A DNA stretch of 63,086 bases, counting the filler, from Choristocarpus tenellus KU-1152 (taxonomy: Eukaryota; Protista; Phaeophyceae), in NCBI GenBank assembly GCA_964200185.2. It is 12 parts of 12 records of this genome, joined end to end, with 100 filler letters (N's around TTAATTAATTAA, not from the genome) between each part and the next. Parts side by side here need not be neighbours in the genome. Positions count along the whole stretch, not along the records: positions 60,002 to 63,086 come from CAXNAD020022429.1; 11 more parts are not named here. The stretch is one strand, 5' to 3'. The stretch's first letter is position 1. Each line of letters opens with the position of its first letter. The notes beneath the pieces are model-generated. The model had not been told where the DNA came from. It searched no databases and saw only the letters and a program-made list of their open reading frames with translations. Shown here piece after piece: positions 60,025-63,086 of the stretch. Made by a program: the position numbers and the translations under genes.

Positions 60025-60359
60025 TGTGCAATTTACCTTGGAAGGTAATCCAATTTATCAGTAGTGAACTCAAGAAGGTGTGAAGCCTCACACGGTTCCC
60101 CATTGCTGAGCGTGATTACATGGTAGAAATTAGCAGAGTGAACTTTGTGAGCTGTCTTCTAATTGCTTGCTTTATTATTATTTTGTGCTTCCTACATAAG
60201 TCAACGGTTATGTCAAAGCAATTGAATGCAGAATAAAAACCCGTGCATAATCCCATTCATAATCTGGATGTACTATCTGATTAGTTATATCACATGGACA
60301 CGTGGATAATCTTTCATACACAAAATAAGGTACACCTCACTATTGTCCTATTTTGCACA
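60025..60359 (-). mobile_element. 3' LTR with polypurine tract (family of 5274-5592)
   Basis: Minus strand reads ATGGGGGAG|TGTGCAAAA...AATTGCACA; homology with the 5240-5273 flank continues beyond the LTR. Confidence 0.8.
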
Positions 60360-60612
60360 CTCCCCCATGAAAGTGCAGGCAGTGAAGGGTTGCTGGAACT
60401 CTCAAACCTGAAACATCTTATTCCGCACACTCAGAGTGCCGTGTGTTAAGATTGTGCTTTAAATTAATGTGGGAAAATACTTACTAAGGAAACAATCAGT
60501 TACACAATAAGAGTGTCGTTGGATAACTGTTGAATAACTGTAGGATAACTGGGTATTTGATAATAATATTTCTGTTGAGTGATTGAGAGAACAATATCCA
60601 GGTTGTTGTGGT

Positions 60613-60925
60613 TGTGCAATTAACCTTGGAAGGTATTGCTATTTATCAGTAGTGTAGACAAGAAGGTGTGGAAGAGCCTTACACAACCCCCTTTGCTGAA
60701 CATGAAAAGAATCGATGGATGAAATTAGAAGAGTGACCTTGTGGGGCATCTTCTATTGCTTGTTTCTTTACTACTATTTGTGTCACAACAGTTTAACTGC
60801 GATACCGTACTCCGTACATAATTCAGATGTACTATCTCATTAGTGACATCACTTGGACTCAATTCAACGCAATAGTCTCACATGCACAAAGTAAGGTACA
60901 CCTCACTATTGTCCTATTTTGCACA
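60613..60925 (-). mobile_element. Solo LTR
   Basis: TGTGCAA...TTGCACA termini flanked by GTGGT / GTAGT (5-bp TSD, one mismatch). Confidence 0.8.
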
Positions 60926-61219
60926 GTAGTATCATAAGAAGAATCCTGGAAAAGGAATATTGTAGCCAGTAACATAGATTGAGTGATGAGTTATTGGTGA
61001 TCTCGGATGAGTGAAAGGTTTATCACTTCCCCTCCTTCTTGAATGGTGCTTCTCACTCCAAGTATCTACCTACAACAACATAACTGAGAAGGAAATAATC
61101 TACATATATTAACATCAAGACTTGGGATTCTACACACTATTAAATATGCTAGGTACTATACTTTAACATGTGCTGATATTTCAAGAAAGCTAATAGTAGA
61201 GGGGTCAGACGTAGTCCCA

Positions 61220-62518
61220 ATGGTGTCTGCTATCGGTAACGTGAACATGGAGGATGAAGATGTTGGGGTGAAAATACAGGCCTTCTATGATGAGGAGGAT
61301 CTAGCAACGAGGGGTATCGTGAGTTCAAGATGGACTGCAGGAGTGGACCTGCAGCGCCTCATCCCACTTCCTTCAAAAATTGTGGTGTATACTGGTGACG
61401 ATGATGGGGAGAGGTTTCACACGTACAAGAAACGATTCTTAACTTGTGCTGCAATGGGTGGTTGGATGGATGCATTGTTCACTCAAGACCACATCGGGGT
61501 GGGCCTTGAAGGACACAACATGTCAAGGTGGACACGGCAGGAAGTACGAAAAGCCACCATGGCGTTGGCTGGGTTGGTTATGAGTGTAGGTGGACTTGCA
61601 CTCGACATTGTCGATAACCACAACAGCCCGTGTGAAGCTTTGCAAGCACTGAGAGACAGTTTTGAAAGAGACGGTATCACGGAATGAACGATCTGGAGGA
61701 CATAGTTACATGAACTGCATATAGCTATTGGGGTGGATCCTGCTGATATTATTCAAGAGATGAAAAAGCTGGTGAAGAAGTTGCAGCGCCTTGGCACTGA
61801 ACCAGACGAAGAAGAGCAGCTGACAGTCTGTTTTGCTGCAGAGTATATGATCGCGATACGTCAGATTTCCGATGCGGGTCGAACGGCTAGGTTGCAACTT
61901 CAGAAGAAGTTTTGCGAAACCGACAGGATGAACAAGAGATTGGTGGACAGTGGTATTGGGAACCACAGTGGAGCGCTGATGTCTAGTGGAAGCTCGACTT
62001 TCAATCAAGGATTGCGATCTATATTGGGTGGTCAACATGGTGTAAAATGTTTCAAGTGTGGTGGACTCCATTACATGTCAGTTTGTCGGTCTGTTTCTTC
62101 CCCACCTGTAACAGGCAAATTTTCTGGTACCTGCTACATTTATAATTGTAGCGGAACGGGACACAGAGCTAAAAATTGTCCTGGATATGTAGTAGCTATG
62201 GCGGCAGCCAAACAAGTTGTAGATGGTGGTGCACCAGCTACTCAGAGGATGAGGCGTAGTCGAGGGAAGGCGAATGGTGGAAATAATGGACTGCCGAAGA
62301 TGCTCGGAGGTTTCTCAATGGTGAGGGATGAGAACGTTGAACAGTGGGGTGATGTATGGTATTTTAATACTGGTTGTTCTGTCCATATGACCAACAACCC
62401 CATTGTTTTGATAGGTCAAGGACCTGTTAGTGGAAAGTCTGTGATGGTTGGGACAGGACAGAAACTTCGTGCCATCATAATTGGAAACTTACCATTATGT
62501 TTGTTGTATTCAGAATAA
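61220..62518 (+). mobile_element. Ty1/Copia gag-protease pseudogene
   Basis: Gag helical region, zinc knuckles CFKCGGLHYMSVC and CYIYNCSGTGHRAKNC, and protease-like WYFNTGCSVHMT (cf. WxxDSGASxHMT). Stop at 61685. Confidence 0.87.
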
Positions 62519-62740
62519 GAGGGTGATTTTGTGCTGTGTGATGTGCCAAAACATAGGCTAATCAGCATCGTCAGTCCATACTGAACGTTGATTTGTCCAT
62601 TGCAATGGTCGCTATTCCCAATTTCATCATTAGCCCATTATTTGATCATCACAACTCACTCAGAAGATCACAGTATACAGGAAGTATAGGAACAGTCTTA
62701 TCACTCATACAGGCATACTATGTGTGACAGTAGTTGTGTT

Positions 62741-62858
62741 AGATATGGATTCAAGTTTGGCTTCTTCTTTCTTCCTCGTGTTTCTTCTTTTTCACACAAG
62801 TTATCAGTTGCATAGCATGTCTTGATTCTTTTTTTTTACTTGACTGGCATTGCCCACC
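62741..62858 (+). repeat. Dispersed repeat, homologous to 14394-14512
   Basis: Shared GATATGGA.TCAAG and CAAGTTATCAGTTGCATAGCATGT.TTGATT...TTTTACTTG.CT.GCATTGCC; both copies lie beside Copia remnants. Confidence 0.75.
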
Positions 62859-63086
62859 ATACGACATCCTGCTCATTTACGTGTTTATTTTGTTTTAATG
62901 TTTATGGAACAGGTGGAAACAAGCCGACAGGTTCTTCGTAATGAAGGGGAGCGGGAAGACCCATAGGAGGCAAGATCAAAGAGAGACAAGTAAAAGAGGG
63001 GGAGCAATCCCTCAGAAGATCACTCAGGAAAAGAGTGTTCAAGTGGTAATTCGAAGAGGGCGGGGTTGGAAGGTCACTCCAAACCA

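Noticed and set aside
1-63086. tRNA, rRNA or prokaryotic defence systems
   Set aside because: None recognised by eye; tRNAscan-SE or Infernal would be needed to exclude small RNA genes.

Overview
This is not a prokaryotic locus. It is 12 unrelated eukaryotic contigs joined by an artificial 100-nt spacer (44N-TTAATTAATTAA-44N), so adjacency across spacers means nothing. GT-AG introns, a bipartite plastid-targeting leader, short TTAGGG runs and the transposon complement point to a photosynthetic stramenopile, probably a brown alga (inference). Recognisable host exons: TOP6A/SPO11-3 (last exon), HIS3/IGPD, a PX-domain protein, a complete two-exon SRR1 gene, a plastid ABCD transporter with a GC-AG intron, a fused GATase-CPS carbamoyl-phosphate synthetase and a decayed SAP-domain acidic protein. 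Much of the rest is transposon debris: plant-type mariner transposases with Stowaway-like ends, two related Harbinger-like MITE families (15 copies or ends), a DDE_Tnp_4 transposase remnant, Copia gag/RT/RNaseH pieces with a 4-copy LTR family, RTE-like LINE RT and a foldback element. The most unusual item is a five-exon, frameshifted gene at 56.8-59.9 kb. By manual alignment its spliced product looks like a degenerate bacterial-type beta-class N4/N6 DNA methyltransferase fused to a degenerate SET-like domain and an NLS. All family calls come from motif recognition by eye; no searches were run.
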